Under the pieces are notes generated by a model. The model ran no database searches and was not told the DNA's origin. It was given only the letters and a program-made list of their open reading frames with translations. 32,000 bases of DNA from Erysipelotrichaceae bacterium OH741_COT-311 (GTDB lineage: Bacteria; Bacillota_I; Bacilli_A; Erysipelotrichales; Erysipelotrichaceae): assembly GCA_003858585.1 (NCBI GenBank), contig RQZE01000012.1, positions 1 to 32,000 of the forward strand, read 5' to 3'. This document shows, one piece after another, positions 14,963 through 27,402 of this stretch; position 1 is the stretch's first letter, and each line of letters opens with the position of its first letter. A program made the translations under genes and the position numbers.

Positions 14963-15169
14963 CTAATGATTATTTTCCTTTGTCTTAGTTTTGTTAGAGT
15001 GCACTATACTTATAGCCAATAAAATAGATATTGTTATGATAACAAAGCCCAAAAATTTCCAAGCATAATAGGCATTTCCTAATCGAGAAGGTTCCTTAAT
15101 GCTAATGATTGTCCATAAAAGAGAAGCTAAAGTAAATGGTTGAAATGATTGTTCAAGTAGTTTTTTCAT
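14963..15169 (-). CDS. Small two-TM membrane protein, paralogue 2
   Basis: 68 aa, MKKLLEQSFQPFTLASLLWTII...LGFVIITISILLAISIV. By eye it is under about half identical to paralogue 1. Confidence 0.7.
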   Translation of the reverse strand: MKKLLEQSFQPFTLASLLWTIISIKEPSRLGNAYYAWKFLGFVIITISILLAISIVHSNKTKTKENNH

Positions 15170-15232
15170 ATAAGTATAATCTCCTTTGGCTTCATTCTAT
15201 CTTGTATTGGATGAATATTCAATATGAGTATA
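15149..15232. repeat. 84-bp direct repeat, copy 2
   Basis: See 14751..14834. The palindrome is at 15212-15221. Confidence 0.95.
15194..15222 (-). promoter_or_regulatory. Promoter of small membrane-protein gene 2
   Basis: On the minus strand: TTGAAT, a 17-nt spacer, then TAGAAT. Confidence 0.5.
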
Positions 15233-15283
15233 GAGGTATGATGTTAAAGAATATTAAAATAAGAGTAATTTAATATAAATGCA

Positions 15284-15312
15284 TTGACATTTTAGTTTCT
15301 TACCTATATAAT
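15284..15312 (+). promoter_or_regulatory. rplJ-rplL promoter (consensus)
   Basis: TTGACA (15284-15289), a 17-nt spacer, then TATAAT (15307-15312). Confidence 0.8.
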
Positions 15313-15319
15313 ACAGAGG

Positions 15320-15422
15320 TCAATATACCATAGACAGCAACGGCTTAAAGCTTAATCATGTTGCCGAGGTTAACGTTTGTATAAACTTTTTAAACCCATG
15401 CTGTCTTTGTCGTGGGTTTTTT
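15320..15422 (+). promoter_or_regulatory. Ribosomal protein L10 leader (autoregulatory attenuator)
   Basis: Terminator hairpin AAACCCATG...CGTGGGTTT plus TTTTATTT at 15392-15422. AGACAGCA (15332-15339) is exactly complementary to TGCTGTCT (15399-15406) inside the terminator, giving an alternative (antiterminator) pairing. It sits between the promoter and rplJ, as in the Firmicute L10 leader. Confidence 0.6.
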
Positions 15423-15464
15423 ATTTACTATTGTATATTGCCATAGAAGAAAATGGAGGTATCG

Positions 15465-16016
15465 ATGATGAAACAAGCGGTGTTAGATTCAAAGGTAGCA
15501 CTTGTCAATGAGATTAAAGAAAAATTTACGAATTCTCAATCAAGTGTTGTTGTTGAATATCGCGGATTAACTGTTGCCGAAGTTACTGAACTTAGACGTG
15601 CGTTAAGAGCTGAGGGTGTTGAGTTTAAAGTATATAAGAACTCAATGAGCCAAAGAGCTGCAGAGGCTGCTGGGTTTAATGGCTTAGTTGATCAACTAAC
15701 TGGACCAAATGCGATCGCATTTAGTGATGATGCAGTTGCTCCAAGTAGAGTGTTAGCAAAGTTTGCGAAAACACATGAAAAACTGGTGTTAAAAGCTGGT
15801 ATTGTTGAGGGGAAAGAAGTTAGCCTTGATACAATTAAAGAATTAGCTAGCTTACCTGGTCGTGAAGGTTTACTATCTATGTTACTTTCTTGCTTAAAGG
15901 CTCCAATCCGCAAGGTTGCTTGTGTAACTAAGGCGGTTGCTGAAGCAAAAGAAAGTGGCGCTAGTGCACCGGAAACAAAAGAAGTTGTTGAAGAAGCAGC
16001 GGTTGCTGCTGAGTAA
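15465..16016 (+). CDS. rplJ: 50S ribosomal protein L10
   Basis: [34 protein letters not shown]. The track ATG 15453 overlaps the GGAGG RBS (15455-15459). ATG 15465 or 15468 is the likely start. Confidence 0.93.
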   Translation: MMKQAVLDSKVALVNEIKEKFTNSQSSVVVEYRGLTVAEVTELRRALRAEGVEFKVYKNSMSQRAAEAAGFNGLVDQLTGPNAIAFSDDAVAPSRVLAKFAKTHEKLVLKAGIVEGKEVSLDTIKELASLPGREGLLSMLLSCLKAPIRKVACVTKAVAEAKESGASAPETKEVVEEAAVAAE

Positions 16017-16038
16017 TTGCTAAAGGAGGAAAATTATA

Positions 16039-16407
16039 ATGGCAAAATTAACACATGAAGAAATCTTAGCTTATTTAGAAGAAGCTACAATTTTAGAACT
16101 AAACGAATTAGTAAAAGCAATCGAAGAAAAATTTGATGTAACGGCTGCTGCACCTGTTGCTGTTGCTGCTGTAGCGGAAGCTGCACCAAGTGGACCTACT
16201 GAAGTTTCTGTAATCTTAAAAGATGCTGGAGCAAGTAAAGTTGGTGTAATTAAAGTTGTTCGTGAAATTACAGGCTTAGGCTTAGTTGAAGCGAAGGGCT
16301 TAGTTGATAAAGCACCAAGTCCAATTAAGGAAAACATCAAACCGGAAGAAGCAGAAGAAATTAAGAAAAAATTAATGGATGCTGGTGCTTCTGTTGAAAT
16401 TAAGTAA
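16039..16407 (+). CDS. rplL: 50S ribosomal protein L7/L12
   Basis: [22 protein letters not shown]...[17 protein letters not shown]...[13 protein letters not shown]. Confidence 0.97.
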   Translation: MAKLTHEEILAYLEEATILELNELVKAIEEKFDVTAAAPVAVAAVAEAAPSGPTEVSVILKDAGASKVGVIKVVREITGLGLVEAKGLVDKAPSPIKENIKPEEAEEIKKKLMDAGASVEIK

Positions 16408-16429
16408 GTAACTTTTTAATCCGTATTTG

Positions 16430-16458
16430 AAAGCCGAATGACCTTCGGCTTTTCGTTC
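16430..16458 (+). terminator. Weak terminator/attenuator after rplL
   Basis: AAAGCCGAA-TGACC-TTCGGCTTT followed by TCGTTC, so the U-tract is poor. Confidence 0.5.
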
Positions 16459-16477
16459 ATTATAGAAAGGGATAGCA

Positions 16478-17068
16478 ATGAGTCATTATTTTATAAATAA
16501 TAGCGATTTACAACATGATGAAAAAGTATTGACTTGTTATATCAATGATGTGGCTTTTTCCTTTATCAGTGATCGAGGAACGTTTTCAAAAGATCAAATT
16601 GACTATGGTAGTTTTGTGTTTTTGAAGGCGTTGCTTAAGGAAGAGTTGGGTAAGTCCATTTTAGATGTGGGTTGTGGTTATGGAACGTTGGGCATCGTTT
16701 TAAAGAAATTGACGGAAGCCAGTGTCGATATGGTGGATGTAAATCTTAGGGCTTTAAAGTTGGCAAAGCGTAATGCTTTGTTAAATAAAGTGGATGTGAG
16801 TGTGTATGAGTCGGATTGTTTTAGTAAGGTTAGCAAGTCGTTTGATGCGATTGTGATCAATCCGCCGATTCGTGCCGGCAAGGAAGTAATCTATCGTATG
16901 TTTGAAGAGGCTTATCAACATTTAAATCAAAGTGGATCCCTTTTTATCGTGATACGTAAGAATCATGGTGCAAAAAGTGCAATAGCGAAAATTTCTAGTA
17001 TATTTGGGGATTGTAAAGTGCTTGATAAAGAGGCTGGTTATTTTATTTTAAAAGCCGGCAAACATTGA
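16478..17068 (+). CDS. Class I SAM-dependent methyltransferase (RsmC/YbxB-like)
   Basis: ILDVGCGYGTLGIVL (motif I) and VINPPIRAGK (NPPxx motif). It sits between rplL and rpoB, as ybxB does in Bacillus subtilis. Confidence 0.8.
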   Translation: MSHYFINNSDLQHDEKVLTCYINDVAFSFISDRGTFSKDQIDYGSFVFLKALLKEELGKSILDVGCGYGTLGIVLKKLTEASVDMVDVNLRALKLAKRNALLNKVDVSVYESDCFSKVSKSFDAIVINPPIRAGKEVIYRMFEEAYQHLNQSGSLFIVIRKNHGAKSAIAKISSIFGDCKVLDKEAGYFILKAGKH

Positions 17069-17164
17069 CTTATTGCCATAAATTGTGTAATATAATATAT
17101 TGCAATAATATCAAAAAATTATTTTGGGGTATTATGCCTTTTTGGTGTTTATGCCCAAGAAAGG

Positions 17165-20100
17165 ATGGCGTACATGAAGGAAAAACAAACATTTCGCATT
17201 ATCGAATTAGGGAAAAAAGCGACTCGTCGTGATTATTCAAAGGTAAGTGGTTCTTTGGAGCTTCCAGATCTTGTTGAAATTCAAACAGCTTCTTTTGACT
17301 GGTTAGTCAAAGAAGGGATTAGGGAAGTTTTTGAGGATATTTATCCGATTCGAAACTATGGCGGTAACATTCGTCTTAAATTCGTTGATTATGAATTTGG
17401 TACACCTAAGTATAGCGTAAGTGAATGCAAATATCGTGAAACAAACTATGCAGCTCCACTAAAGTCTAAAATGGAGTTAGAGATTACAGATCCTGAAACA
17501 GGGGAAGTATTAACAAAGTGGGAAGATGTCTTTTTAGGTGACTTTCCGTTAATGACGGATACAGGTACGTTTATCATTAATGGTGCTGAGCGTGTTATCG
17601 TATCTCAAATTGTGCGTTCTCCGGGGGCATATTTTGATATTGCTTCGGAAGAAAAGACAGGCAAGGATACATTTAATGCGGAATTAATACCAAGTCGTGG
17701 AACATGGTTAGAGTTTATGACGGATGGTAAAAAGACAGCACTTGGTCGTCTTTTAAATATGTCAATTGATCGTAAGCGTAAGATTTTATCTACAATCTTA
17801 TTTAAAGCGATTGGTTTTTCTTTAAATGTGGAAACAGGGGATGATGTTTTTGAGACTGTTTCAATTAAGAAGTTTTTAAAGGCTTTGAATTTTCCGGTGT
17901 ATGAAGAGGTTGCGGTTGATGGTGAACAACGTGAGCTATTAGGGCAATACTTACATTTATATACATCAATGTTTGGTAATTATGAAGAGATTATTAATAC
18001 CTTACAGGCGGATAAAGTAAAAACAACGCAAGAAGCGTTATTGAATATTTATGAGAACCAAAGATCGGATGAGGTTCCTACGATCGATGGGTCGATTACA
18101 TTAATGAATGCGAAGTTCTTTGATCATAAGCGTTATGATTTAACAAAGGCTGGTCGTTATAAATTAAATAAGAAGTTAAATGTAATTGAGCGTATGGAAA
18201 AAAATATTCTAAAAGAGAATATTTATGATGCAACCGGTAAGTTGTTGGTTAAGAAGAATACCTTAATTACAAAGAAAGAGCGTGAAGTATTAAAAGAAGG
18301 TTTGGTACATGGTGGACACATGGAGGTCTTTCCATTTAATTATACGTTTTCACATCCGGATGTTGCTGTTGTTGAGACAAAGTATAAATTGGGTTTACTT
18401 GGTCGTATCCTAGCTACAGATGTTGAATTAAAGAAAACCTTCTTAGAAAAGGGGACTGTATTAACGGAAAAAGATGTAGATCTTTTAGCGAAAGAAGTGA
18501 CATCAGTTTCAGTATATGCAGGAATTCTTGCGAAAGAAGTTGTTTTAACAAAAGACATTGTTTCTAGTGTTTTAAATTTCGGTCAAAGATTTTATGTGTT
18601 AGGTCGTGTTGTGGATGAAAACAATGAAGATCTATATATTAATAATGAATTAGCGGTGCAACGTTATATTCCGGATACAAAGATAGATCGTTTAAGCAGT
18701 GAACATGAAAGTTTTATTAAATCATTAGTAACAAGTGGTAATAAAGTAAAAGTGTATTTGGTTGGGGCGGCTTGCCAAGTGGTGAGTGTTGCCTCTGTGG
18801 ATAGTTTTGATTTTGAAGTACGTGTGATTGGGATTGACCCACTTATGAAGAAGCGTACGATTACTATGTCAGATATGATTGCGTTTTATTCGTATGAATT
18901 AAATATGTTAGATGGCATTGGTAATGATGATGACATTGACCAATTGGGAAATCGTCGTATTCGTACGGTTGGTGAGTTAATTCAAAACCAATTCCGTGTA
19001 GGTTTAGCTCGTATGGAGCGTGTGGTAAAAGAGCGTATGTCAATTACAGATATTGCTAGTTTAACACCAAAGTCATTGACAAATATTCGTCCATTAACTG
19101 CGGCAATTAAAGAGTTTTTCTCGTCTTCACAATTGTCTCAATTCATGGACCAATTAAATCCTTTAGCAGAATTAACAAATAAACGTCGTATTTCGGCGTT
19201 GGGTCCGGGTGGATTAACGCGTGAGCGTGCCGGTTTTGAAGTGCGTGACGTTCATAATTCACATTATGGTCGTATTTGTCCAATTGAAACGCCGGAAGGT
19301 CCAAATATCGGTTTGATTTCAAACTTAACAACGTATGCTCGTATTAATGAGTATGGATTTATTCAAACACCATATCGTGTGGTTAAGAAAAATGGTGTGG
19401 TAAGTGAAGAGTATAAGTATTTATCTGCGGATGAAGAGGCGGATTATGTTATTGCCCAAGCCAACGAATGTGTGGATGGGAAATTAATCAATGATCAAGT
19501 TGTCGTTCGTGTAGCAGGAGAAACGGTACAAGTGCCTCGTGAAGAAGTGGAGTTGGCGGACGTTTCACCAAAACAAATTGTTTCAGTTGCGGCAGCTTGT
19601 ATTCCATTCTTAGAAAATGACGATGCTTCTCGTGCCTTAATGGGTGCAAACATGCAACGTCAAGCGGTTCCTTTATTAAAACCAAGTTCACCTTATGTTG
19701 GTACAGGGATTGAGCATCGCATTGCTCGTGATGCTGGTAGTGGCTTGGTTGCTACTGGTAGTGGAGTAGTAAGTTATGTCGATGCGAATAAAATTATCGT
19801 CAGTGAAGAAACCGGGGATAAGGAATATGAATTAACAAAATTTAGACGTTCAAACTCTGGTACGTGTTTAAATCAACGACCAATCGTAAAGCGTGGAGAA
19901 CGTGTGGAACGTGGTGATATCTTAGCGGATGGTCCTTCAATGGAAAATGGAGAGTTGGCGCTAGGACAAAACGTTACGATTGCCTTTATGACATGGCATG
20001 GGTATAACTATGAAGATGCGATTATCTTATCAGAGCGTCTTGTAAAAGAGGATATGTATACGTCAATTCATATTGAAGAATATGACATTGAATGTCGTGA

Positions 20101-21295
20101 TACAAAGCTTGGTCCTGAAGAAATTACTCGTGATATTCCAAACGTAAGTGAAAATGCATGTCGTCATTTAGATGGTCGTGGTATCGTTATGGTTGGTGCG
20201 GAAGTAAAAGAGGGCGACATCTTAGTTGGTAAGGTTACACCAAAGGGTCAATCAGAAGTATCGCCGGAAGAAAAACTATTATTAGCAATCTTTGGTGAAA
20301 AATCACGTGAAGTGCGTGATAATTCCTTAAAGGTGCCTCATGGTGGGGCTGGTATTGTTCAATCGATTCGTATCTTTAAGCGTAGCGAAGGGCATGAACT
20401 TCCTCCTGGGGTAAATGAAGTTGTAAAAGTTTATATTGTTCAAAAACGTAAAATCTCGGAAGGAGATAAGATGGCAGGTCGTCATGGTAATAAGGGGGTT
20501 ATCTCTAAAATTTTACCGGTAGAAGATATGCCGTTTATGGCGGATGGTACGCCGGTGGATATCATGTTAAATCCATTTGGGGTTCCTTCACGTATGAACA
20601 TCGGACAAGTCTTAGAAATTCATTTAGGGATGGCTGCTAAGAAGTTAGGTGTTAAGTTTGCAACACCGGTATTTGATGGTATTTCTAATGAAGAATTAAA
20701 GGCAATTATGGAAGAGGCACAAGTATCTGCTGATGGTAAGATTGTCTTACATGATGGTCAAACAGGAGAAGCTTATGATGAGCGTATCTCGGTAGGGGTT
20801 ATGTATTACATTAAGTTGGCTCACATGGTTGATGATAAACTACATGCTCGTGCGACTGGTCCTTATTCGTTAGTAACACAACAACCGTTGGGTGGTAAGG
20901 CTCAAAATGGTGGTCAACGTTTTGGGGAAATGGAAGTTTGGGCTCTGGAGGCTTATGGGGCTGCGCATACGCTTGCTGAAATCTTGACGGTTAAGTCAGA
21001 TGATATTAATGGTCGTACAAAGACGTATGAAGCAATTATCAAGGGTAAAAATATTCCTGCTCCAGGCATTCCGGAATCATTTAGAGTGTTAAAACATGAA
21101 CTTCAAGCTTTAGCGATTGATGTAAAGATGTTAAATGAAGATGGAAGTGAAGTAAGCATTGAAAAGATTGAAGAGGGCGATGGTACTAGTGAAAAAGTAG
21201 TTGCGCCAATGGATTTCAATGAAGATGGATTATCAATCCAAACGGAAGAAGAGTTACAAGAAGCCGCAATTGTCGGTATCGATGAAGAAATGTAG
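17165..21295 (+). CDS. rpoB: DNA-directed RNA polymerase subunit beta (unusually long, 1376 aa)
   Basis: Conserved blocks include [60 protein letters not shown] and [14 protein letters not shown]. The start may be ATG 17174, because the AAAGGA RBS abuts 17165. Confidence 0.97.
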   Translation: MAYMKEKQTFRIIELGKKATRRDYSKVSGSLELPDLVEIQTASFDWLVKEGIREVFEDIYPIRNYGGNIRLKFVDYEFGTPKYSVSECKYRETNYAAPLKSKMELEITDPETGEVLTKWEDVFLGDFPLMTDTGTFIINGAERVIVSQIVRSPGAYFDIASEEKTGKDTFNAELIPSRGTWLEFMTDGKKTALGRLLNMSIDRKRKILSTILFKAIGFSLNVETGDDVFETVSIKKFLKALNFPVYEEVAVDGEQRELLGQYLHLYTSMFGNYEEIINTLQADKVKTTQEALLNIYENQRSDEVPTIDGSITLMNAKFFDHKRYDLTKAGRYKLNKKLNVIERMEKNILKENIYDATGKLLVKKNTLITKKEREVLKEGLVHGGHMEVFPFNYTFSHPDVAVVETKYKLGLLGRILATDVELKKTFLEKGTVLTEKDVDLLAKEVTSVSVYAGILAKEVVLTKDIVSSVLNFGQRFYVLGRVVDENNEDLYINNELAVQRYIPDTKIDRLSSEHESFIKSLVTSGNKVKVYLVGAACQVVSVASVDSFDFEVRVIGIDPLMKKRTITMSDMIAFYSYELNMLDGIGNDDDIDQLGNRRIRTVGELIQNQFRVGLARMERVVKERMSITDIASLTPKSLTNIRPLTAAIKEFFSSSQLSQFMDQLNPLAELTNKRRISALGPGGLTRERAGFEVRDVHNSHYGRICPIETPEGPNIGLISNLTTYARINEYGFIQTPYRVVKKNGVVSEEYKYLSADEEADYVIAQANECVDGKLINDQVVVRVAGETVQVPREEVELADVSPKQIVSVAAACIPFLENDDASRALMGANMQRQAVPLLKPSSPYVGTGIEHRIARDAGSGLVATGSGVVSYVDANKIIVSEETGDKEYELTKFRRSNSGTCLNQRPIVKRGERVERGDILADGPSMENGELALGQNVTIAFMTWHGYNYEDAIILSERLVKEDMYTSIHIEEYDIECRDTKLGPEEITRDIPNVSENACRHLDGRGIVMVGAEVKEGDILVGKVTPKGQSEVSPEEKLLLAIFGEKSREVRDNSLKVPHGGAGIVQSIRIFKRSEGHELPPGVNEVVKVYIVQKRKISEGDKMAGRHGNKGVISKILPVEDMPFMADGTPVDIMLNPFGVPSRMNIGQVLEIHLGMAAKKLGVKFATPVFDGISNEELKAIMEEAQVSADGKIVLHDGQTGEAYDERISVGVMYYIKLAHMVDDKLHARATGPYSLVTQQPLGGKAQNGGQRFGEMEVWALEAYGAAHTLAEILTVKSDDINGRTKTYEAIIKGKNIPAPGIPESFRVLKHELQALAIDVKMLNEDGSEVSIEKIEEGDGTSEKVVAPMDFNEDGLSIQTEEELQEAAIVGIDEEM

Positions 21296-21303
21296 GAGGT
21301 AGC

Positions 21304-24300
21304 GTGATGAGTGTTAATAATTTTGCAGCCTTACAAGTAGGTATTGCATCACCAGAACGTATTAAAGAATGGTCTTATGGTGAAGTTAAAAAACCGGAAA
21401 CAATCAACTACCGTTCACAAAAACCGGAACGTGACGGTTTATTTTGTGAAAGAATTTTTGGTCCATCGAAAGACTGGGAATGTTACTGCGGTAAATATAA
21501 GAAAGTAAGATATAAAGGGGTTATTTGTGATCGTTGTGGAGTTGAAATCACAAAGTCAAATGTGCGTCGTGAACGTATGGGGCATATTGAACTTGCAGCT
21601 CCGGTGGCTCACATTTGGTATTTGCGTGGAATCCCTTCACGTATGTCATTGTTGTTAAATATTACGCCAAAGGCGTTAGAAGAAGTTGTATATTTCGTAT
21701 CTTGGGTGGTTACCGATCCCGGGGAAACAAAATTACAATTTAAACAAATCTTATCGGAACGTGAGTATCGTGAAAATGTAGCGATTTATGGTACCGGTAA
21801 GTTTGTTGCACAAACGGGAGCGGAAGCGGTTCGTACATTGCTTGAAAAGTGTGATGTTAAGGCGGAACAAGCGGAAGTGGTAAAAGAGTTGGAAGGTGCA
21901 CAAGGTGATAAGCGTAAGAAGTTAATTAAGCGTTTAGAGACAATCAATGCGTTTGTAAACTCTGAAAATCAACCGGAGTGGATGGTACTTACTATGCTTC
22001 CGGTAATTCCGCCGGATTTAAGACCGATGTTGCAGTTGGATGGTGGTCGTTTTGCTACAAGTGATTTGAATGATTTATATCGTCGTGTGATTACACGTAA
22101 CAATCGTTTAAAGAAATTATTAGAGCTTGGTACTCCGGCTATCATTGTGCAAAATGAAAAGCGTATGTTACAAGAAGCAGTGGATGCTTTAATTGATAAT
22201 GGTCGTCGTTCTAAGCCGGTTACCGGTGCTGGGGGACGTGCATTAAAGTCATTGTCGCATAGTTTAAAGGGGAAACAAGGTCGTTTCCGTCAAAACTTAT
22301 TAGGGAAACGTGTTGACTTTTCAGGGCGTTCCGTTATTGCGGTTGGACCGGATTTAAAGATGTATCAATGTGGTATTCCACGTGAAATGGCAATTCAATT
22401 GTATAAACCTTTTATTATCAATGAAATTGTAAATGCAGGGATTGCATCCAATCCGAAAACAGCTGAGCGTTTAATTGATCGTTTGGATGCTCGTGTTTGG
22501 GATATTGTAGAACAGGTAATTGATCATCATCCGGTATTCCTAAACCGTGCTCCTACGCTTCATCGTTTAGGAATTCAAGCGTTTAAGCCTAAGTTAGTAG
22601 AAGGACGTGCGATTCGTCTTCACCCATTAGTATGTACAGCGTTTAATGCTGACTTTGATGGTGACCAAATGGCGGTGCATTTACCATTATCGGAAAAGGC
22701 TCGTGCGGAAGCTGAAATTTTAATGTTAGGTTCTAACAATATCTTAGGTCCAAAAGATGGTAAGCCAATCGTTACGCCATCACAAGATATGGTGCTTGGT
22801 AACTTCTATTTAAATATGGAAGAAACAGCTCAAGAATTCTATGAAAAAGCGGAAGTAGTAGCGAAGACAATTGGTGAAACGGAAGCAGATATGTGGCGTC
22901 GTTTTGGAGATAATGAAGGACATGCCTTTAAGGATGTCAATGAAGTATTAATGGCGTATGATCAAAAAATTGTTCACTTACATACTCGTATTGCTTTATT
23001 AGGTTCTTCATTAAAGAAAATATGTTTTAGTGACTATCAAAATAATTCATATTTGATTACAACCGTTGGTAAGGTTATCTTTAATGAAATGTTTCCAAAA
23101 GATTTCCCTTATATTAATAAAGTAACGCATGAAAGCTTAAAGAATACCTTAGATGAGTATTTCTTGCCGGTAGGAAGTAATCTTAAGGAAGCAGTAGCGA
23201 ATATGCCATTGAATCCTGAGTTTAAGAAAAAAGATTTATCTCTTGTTATTGCGGAAGTCTTTAAACGCTATCGTACTGAAGGTACTAGTGTTATCCTTGA
23301 TAGCATTAAGGATTTAGGGTTTGAGTATTCAACGGTTGCCGGTATGACGGTATCATTAGCGGATATTAACGTTGCTCCAAATAAACAAGTGTATGTTGAT
23401 AAAGCGAAAGAAAAAGCAGCTGTTTTACAACAGTTATTACAAAGAGGTCAATTAACACCTGCTGAGTGGGAACGTCATTTCTCTAAGCTTTGGGCAGATA
23501 CAAAAGATGTGATTGGGGATGAAGTTATGAGTAATTTACCTCGTAAGTCACCAATCAATATGATGGCGGTATCCGGTGCCCGTGGGAACAAGTCACACTT
23601 TACACAGTTAGCGGGTATGCGTGGATTAATGGCTCGTCCAACACAGTCAAAGAGTCGTAAGGAATATCAACCTTCGATTATTGAGGTTCCTATTTATTCG
23701 TCATTCCGTGAAGGATTAAACGTGTCTGAGTTCTTTATTTCTACCCATGGGGTGCGTAAAGGGTTAACGGATACGGCGTTAAAGACAGCAGAATCTGGAT
23801 ATTTAACAAGACGTTTAGTCGATGTTGCTCAAGATGTGATTGTTATTGAAGAGGATTGTGGTACAGATCGTGGTTACTTAGTAAGTGAAATTCGTGATCG
23901 TAAAACAAATACAGAGATTGAAAAATTATTTGATCGTTTAGTTGGTCGTTATACAAAAGATGCGGTAATTCATCCGGAGACAAAAGAAGAAATCTGTCCG
24001 GCAGATACGTATATGGATGAAGAACTTGCGGTAAAGATTACAAAAGCCGGTGTAAAAGAAGTCTTAATTCGTAATACCTTCACTTGTGATAGTACAACAG
24101 GTGTATGTCGTAAGTGTTATGGTCGTAATATGGCAACAGGTAAATTGGTTGAAAATGGAGAAGCAATTGGTATTATGGCTGCTCAATCAATCGGTGAACC
24201 TGGTACTCAGTTAACAATGCGTACCTTCCATACAGGAGGGGTTGCCTCAGGTAACGATGGAGATATTACACAAGGGTTACCTCGTGTTGAAGAGTTATTT

Positions 24301-25098
24301 GAAGCACGTTGTCCAAAGTATGTAGCTGTTTTATCTAAGATTGATGGAGAAATTACTGAAATCGTAGAAGCAGATGGTACAACAGGTATGCGCATTACCG
24401 TATCAAATGATAAGGAATCAATTGAACATAAGTGTGATTTAACACAAACAATTCGTTCTTGGATTAAGGTTGGTACCAAAGTGAAAGCTGGTGATAAGCT
24501 AACGGAAGGTCAAGTAAATCCAAAAGAATTAATTGAAGTTGCAGGGGTATTGGCAGTACAAAACTACATCTTAAAAGAAGTAAAACGTGTATATGCTTCT
24601 CAAGGGATTGATATTTCAGATAAACATATTGAAGTTATGATTCGTCAAATGTTAAAGAAAATCATCGTGCTTGATGGAGGAGATACAGGATTATCAGCCG
24701 GTCAAACATTATCTTTAACACGTATGAAAGAAATTAACTTAAATACGTTGTTAAGTGGTAAAAAACCTGCGAAGTTTGGTCCTACATTATTAGGTATTTC
24801 AAAGGCTTCCGTGGAAACAGATTCTTTCTTATCAGCGGCATCATTCCAAGAAACAACAAAAGTCTTAACGGATGCAGCGGTAAATGGTAAGGTTGATAAA
24901 TTAGTTGGATTAAAAGAAAATGTTATTATTGGTAAATTAATTCCAGCTGGTACAGGTTCAAAATTTGAGCGTGAAACAACAGAAATGATTCATGCACGTG
25001 CATTAGAATTGGTTGAAGATCGTGAAGTAAGAAATATGATGGAAGAAGAACATCAACTTCCGGAAGAAGTATTACCGAAAGAAGCATATTTTGAATAA
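21304..25098 (+). CDS. rpoC: DNA-directed RNA polymerase subunit beta'
   Basis: Zn-finger motif [20 protein letters not shown], catalytic motif [12 protein letters not shown], and [13 protein letters not shown]. The start is GTG 21304 or ATG 21307, after AGGAGG at 21294-21299. Confidence 0.97.
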   Translation: MMSVNNFAALQVGIASPERIKEWSYGEVKKPETINYRSQKPERDGLFCERIFGPSKDWECYCGKYKKVRYKGVICDRCGVEITKSNVRRERMGHIELAAPVAHIWYLRGIPSRMSLLLNITPKALEEVVYFVSWVVTDPGETKLQFKQILSEREYRENVAIYGTGKFVAQTGAEAVRTLLEKCDVKAEQAEVVKELEGAQGDKRKKLIKRLETINAFVNSENQPEWMVLTMLPVIPPDLRPMLQLDGGRFATSDLNDLYRRVITRNNRLKKLLELGTPAIIVQNEKRMLQEAVDALIDNGRRSKPVTGAGGRALKSLSHSLKGKQGRFRQNLLGKRVDFSGRSVIAVGPDLKMYQCGIPREMAIQLYKPFIINEIVNAGIASNPKTAERLIDRLDARVWDIVEQVIDHHPVFLNRAPTLHRLGIQAFKPKLVEGRAIRLHPLVCTAFNADFDGDQMAVHLPLSEKARAEAEILMLGSNNILGPKDGKPIVTPSQDMVLGNFYLNMEETAQEFYEKAEVVAKTIGETEADMWRRFGDNEGHAFKDVNEVLMAYDQKIVHLHTRIALLGSSLKKICFSDYQNNSYLITTVGKVIFNEMFPKDFPYINKVTHESLKNTLDEYFLPVGSNLKEAVANMPLNPEFKKKDLSLVIAEVFKRYRTEGTSVILDSIKDLGFEYSTVAGMTVSLADINVAPNKQVYVDKAKEKAAVLQQLLQRGQLTPAEWERHFSKLWADTKDVIGDEVMSNLPRKSPINMMAVSGARGNKSHFTQLAGMRGLMARPTQSKSRKEYQPSIIEVPIYSSFREGLNVSEFFISTHGVRKGLTDTALKTAESGYLTRRLVDVAQDVIVIEEDCGTDRGYLVSEIRDRKTNTEIEKLFDRLVGRYTKDAVIHPETKEEICPADTYMDEELAVKITKAGVKEVLIRNTFTCDSTTGVCRKCYGRNMATGKLVENGEAIGIMAAQSIGEPGTQLTMRTFHTGGVASGNDGDITQGLPRVEELFEARCPKYVAVLSKIDGEITEIVEADGTTGMRITVSNDKESIEHKCDLTQTIRSWIKVGTKVKAGDKLTEGQVNPKELIEVAGVLAVQNYILKEVKRVYASQGIDISDKHIEVMIRQMLKKIIVLDGGDTGLSAGQTLSLTRMKEINLNTLLSGKKPAKFGPTLLGISKASVETDSFLSAASFQETTKVLTDAAVNGKVDKLVGLKENVIIGKLIPAGTGSKFERETTEMIHARALELVEDREVRNMMEEEHQLPEEVLPKEAYFE

Positions 25099-25101
25099 GA
25101 G

Positions 25102-25127
25102 AAAGGCTAGTTTACTAGCCTTTTTTC
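25102..25127 (+). terminator. Intrinsic terminator after rpoC
   Basis: AAAGGCTAG-TTTA-CTAGCCTTT followed by TTTCT. Confidence 0.8.
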
Positions 25128-25188
25128 TATGTCAAAAAAAGAAAATCTCTATGATACAATAAAGGAAATAAGAAAGTGAAGGAAATAT

Positions 25189-25995
25189 ATGTTAAGTTCT
25201 GCTAAGAAGTTGTATCAATATAATCGAGGTAGTCATCCACTGATTATGTGGCTTATGAATGCGGTTGTCTTTTCCGTTGGGTTTGCCCTTTTAATCGGAA
25301 TAGGGCATATTTCTTCGTTAATAGAGAATAAGTGGCTGAGATTACTTGTTCATTTTTGTGGTTATTTTGTGATTGATAAAGTGCTAATCAGCATAAGATA
25401 CATACGTTTTTGGCATAAACTTTCGATCATCTATTGTTTGTATGAGGGAGTAGATCCGACATCTTTTTATCAACGTATTAAAAAAGGAAAAGGTGTTCTT
25501 CCATTGTATCAAGCAAAAGAATTGTTTCAGTTATATTTTGTTATTTATCAATATTCCCTAGGAAATTTTAATGAAGCACTTCAACAATTGAAGGTGATGG
25601 ATTCTAATGTGTTACAGTATGATGTATTAAAGATTATGTATTATCATTATTATGGTTTGGTATCCTTTGAGTTAAAGGACTATGATGGTATAGCACAATG
25701 TCAACAACAAGTGGAGAAGTTAATTTTATATAAGAAGAATTTTGCGTTAAGAGAAAAAATTGCTGAGGAGTTACGTGCACTAAAGACGTTGTCGGTAACA
25801 GAGAAAGAAACGTATTTTGATAGGGTAAAAGGGGATCATCGTTTTGATGAATTACGTTATACGTATTATCGTTTTCTACATGCGTTAAGTAGTGATCAAA
25901 GAAAAAAAGCGTATGATTGTTGTGCGTTGTTAGAAAAAGAAAACGAAGCATTATTTATGATACAACGCGCGAAAGAATTTTTATCAAAAAGATAA
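25189..25995 (+). CDS. Hypothetical membrane-anchored helical-repeat protein
   Basis: 268 aa. Two N-terminal hydrophobic helices are followed by a helical, TPR-like region. I recognise no family. Confidence 0.6.
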   Translation: MLSSAKKLYQYNRGSHPLIMWLMNAVVFSVGFALLIGIGHISSLIENKWLRLLVHFCGYFVIDKVLISIRYIRFWHKLSIIYCLYEGVDPTSFYQRIKKGKGVLPLYQAKELFQLYFVIYQYSLGNFNEALQQLKVMDSNVLQYDVLKIMYYHYYGLVSFELKDYDGIAQCQQQVEKLILYKKNFALREKIAEELRALKTLSVTEKETYFDRVKGDHRFDELRYTYYRFLHALSSDQRKKAYDCCALLEKENEALFMIQRAKEFLSKR

Positions 25996-26021
25996 AAGAT
26001 AGTGTATGATAATAATGGTAA

Positions 26022-27372
<1,351 letters not shown>

Positions 27373-27374
<2 letters not shown>

Positions 27375-27402
27375 AAAACAATATCATTGGATATTGTTTT
27401 TT
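27373..27402. terminator. Bidirectional terminator shared by gdhA and cca
   Basis: AAAAAACAATATC-ATTG-GATATTGTTTTTT is a 13-bp stem with A- and T-tracts on both sides. It overlaps the last codons of cca. Confidence 0.75.

Noticed and set aside
11491-24479. Antisense or overlapping ORFs inside core genes: 11491..11718, 11729..11926, 11990..12292, 14225..14428, 15692..15913, 16071..16340, 16678..16881, 18340..18558, 19143..19331, 19488..19691 and 24207..24479
   Set aside because: All are embedded opposite highly conserved ribosomal, RNAP or other well-supported genes. They are typical shadow ORFs.
25634-25951. Minus-strand ORF 25634..25951, plus 31420..31623 inside hflX
   Set aside because: Both are antisense to better-supported + strand genes and have no RBS. 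The hflX frame is continuous with canonical GTPase motifs.
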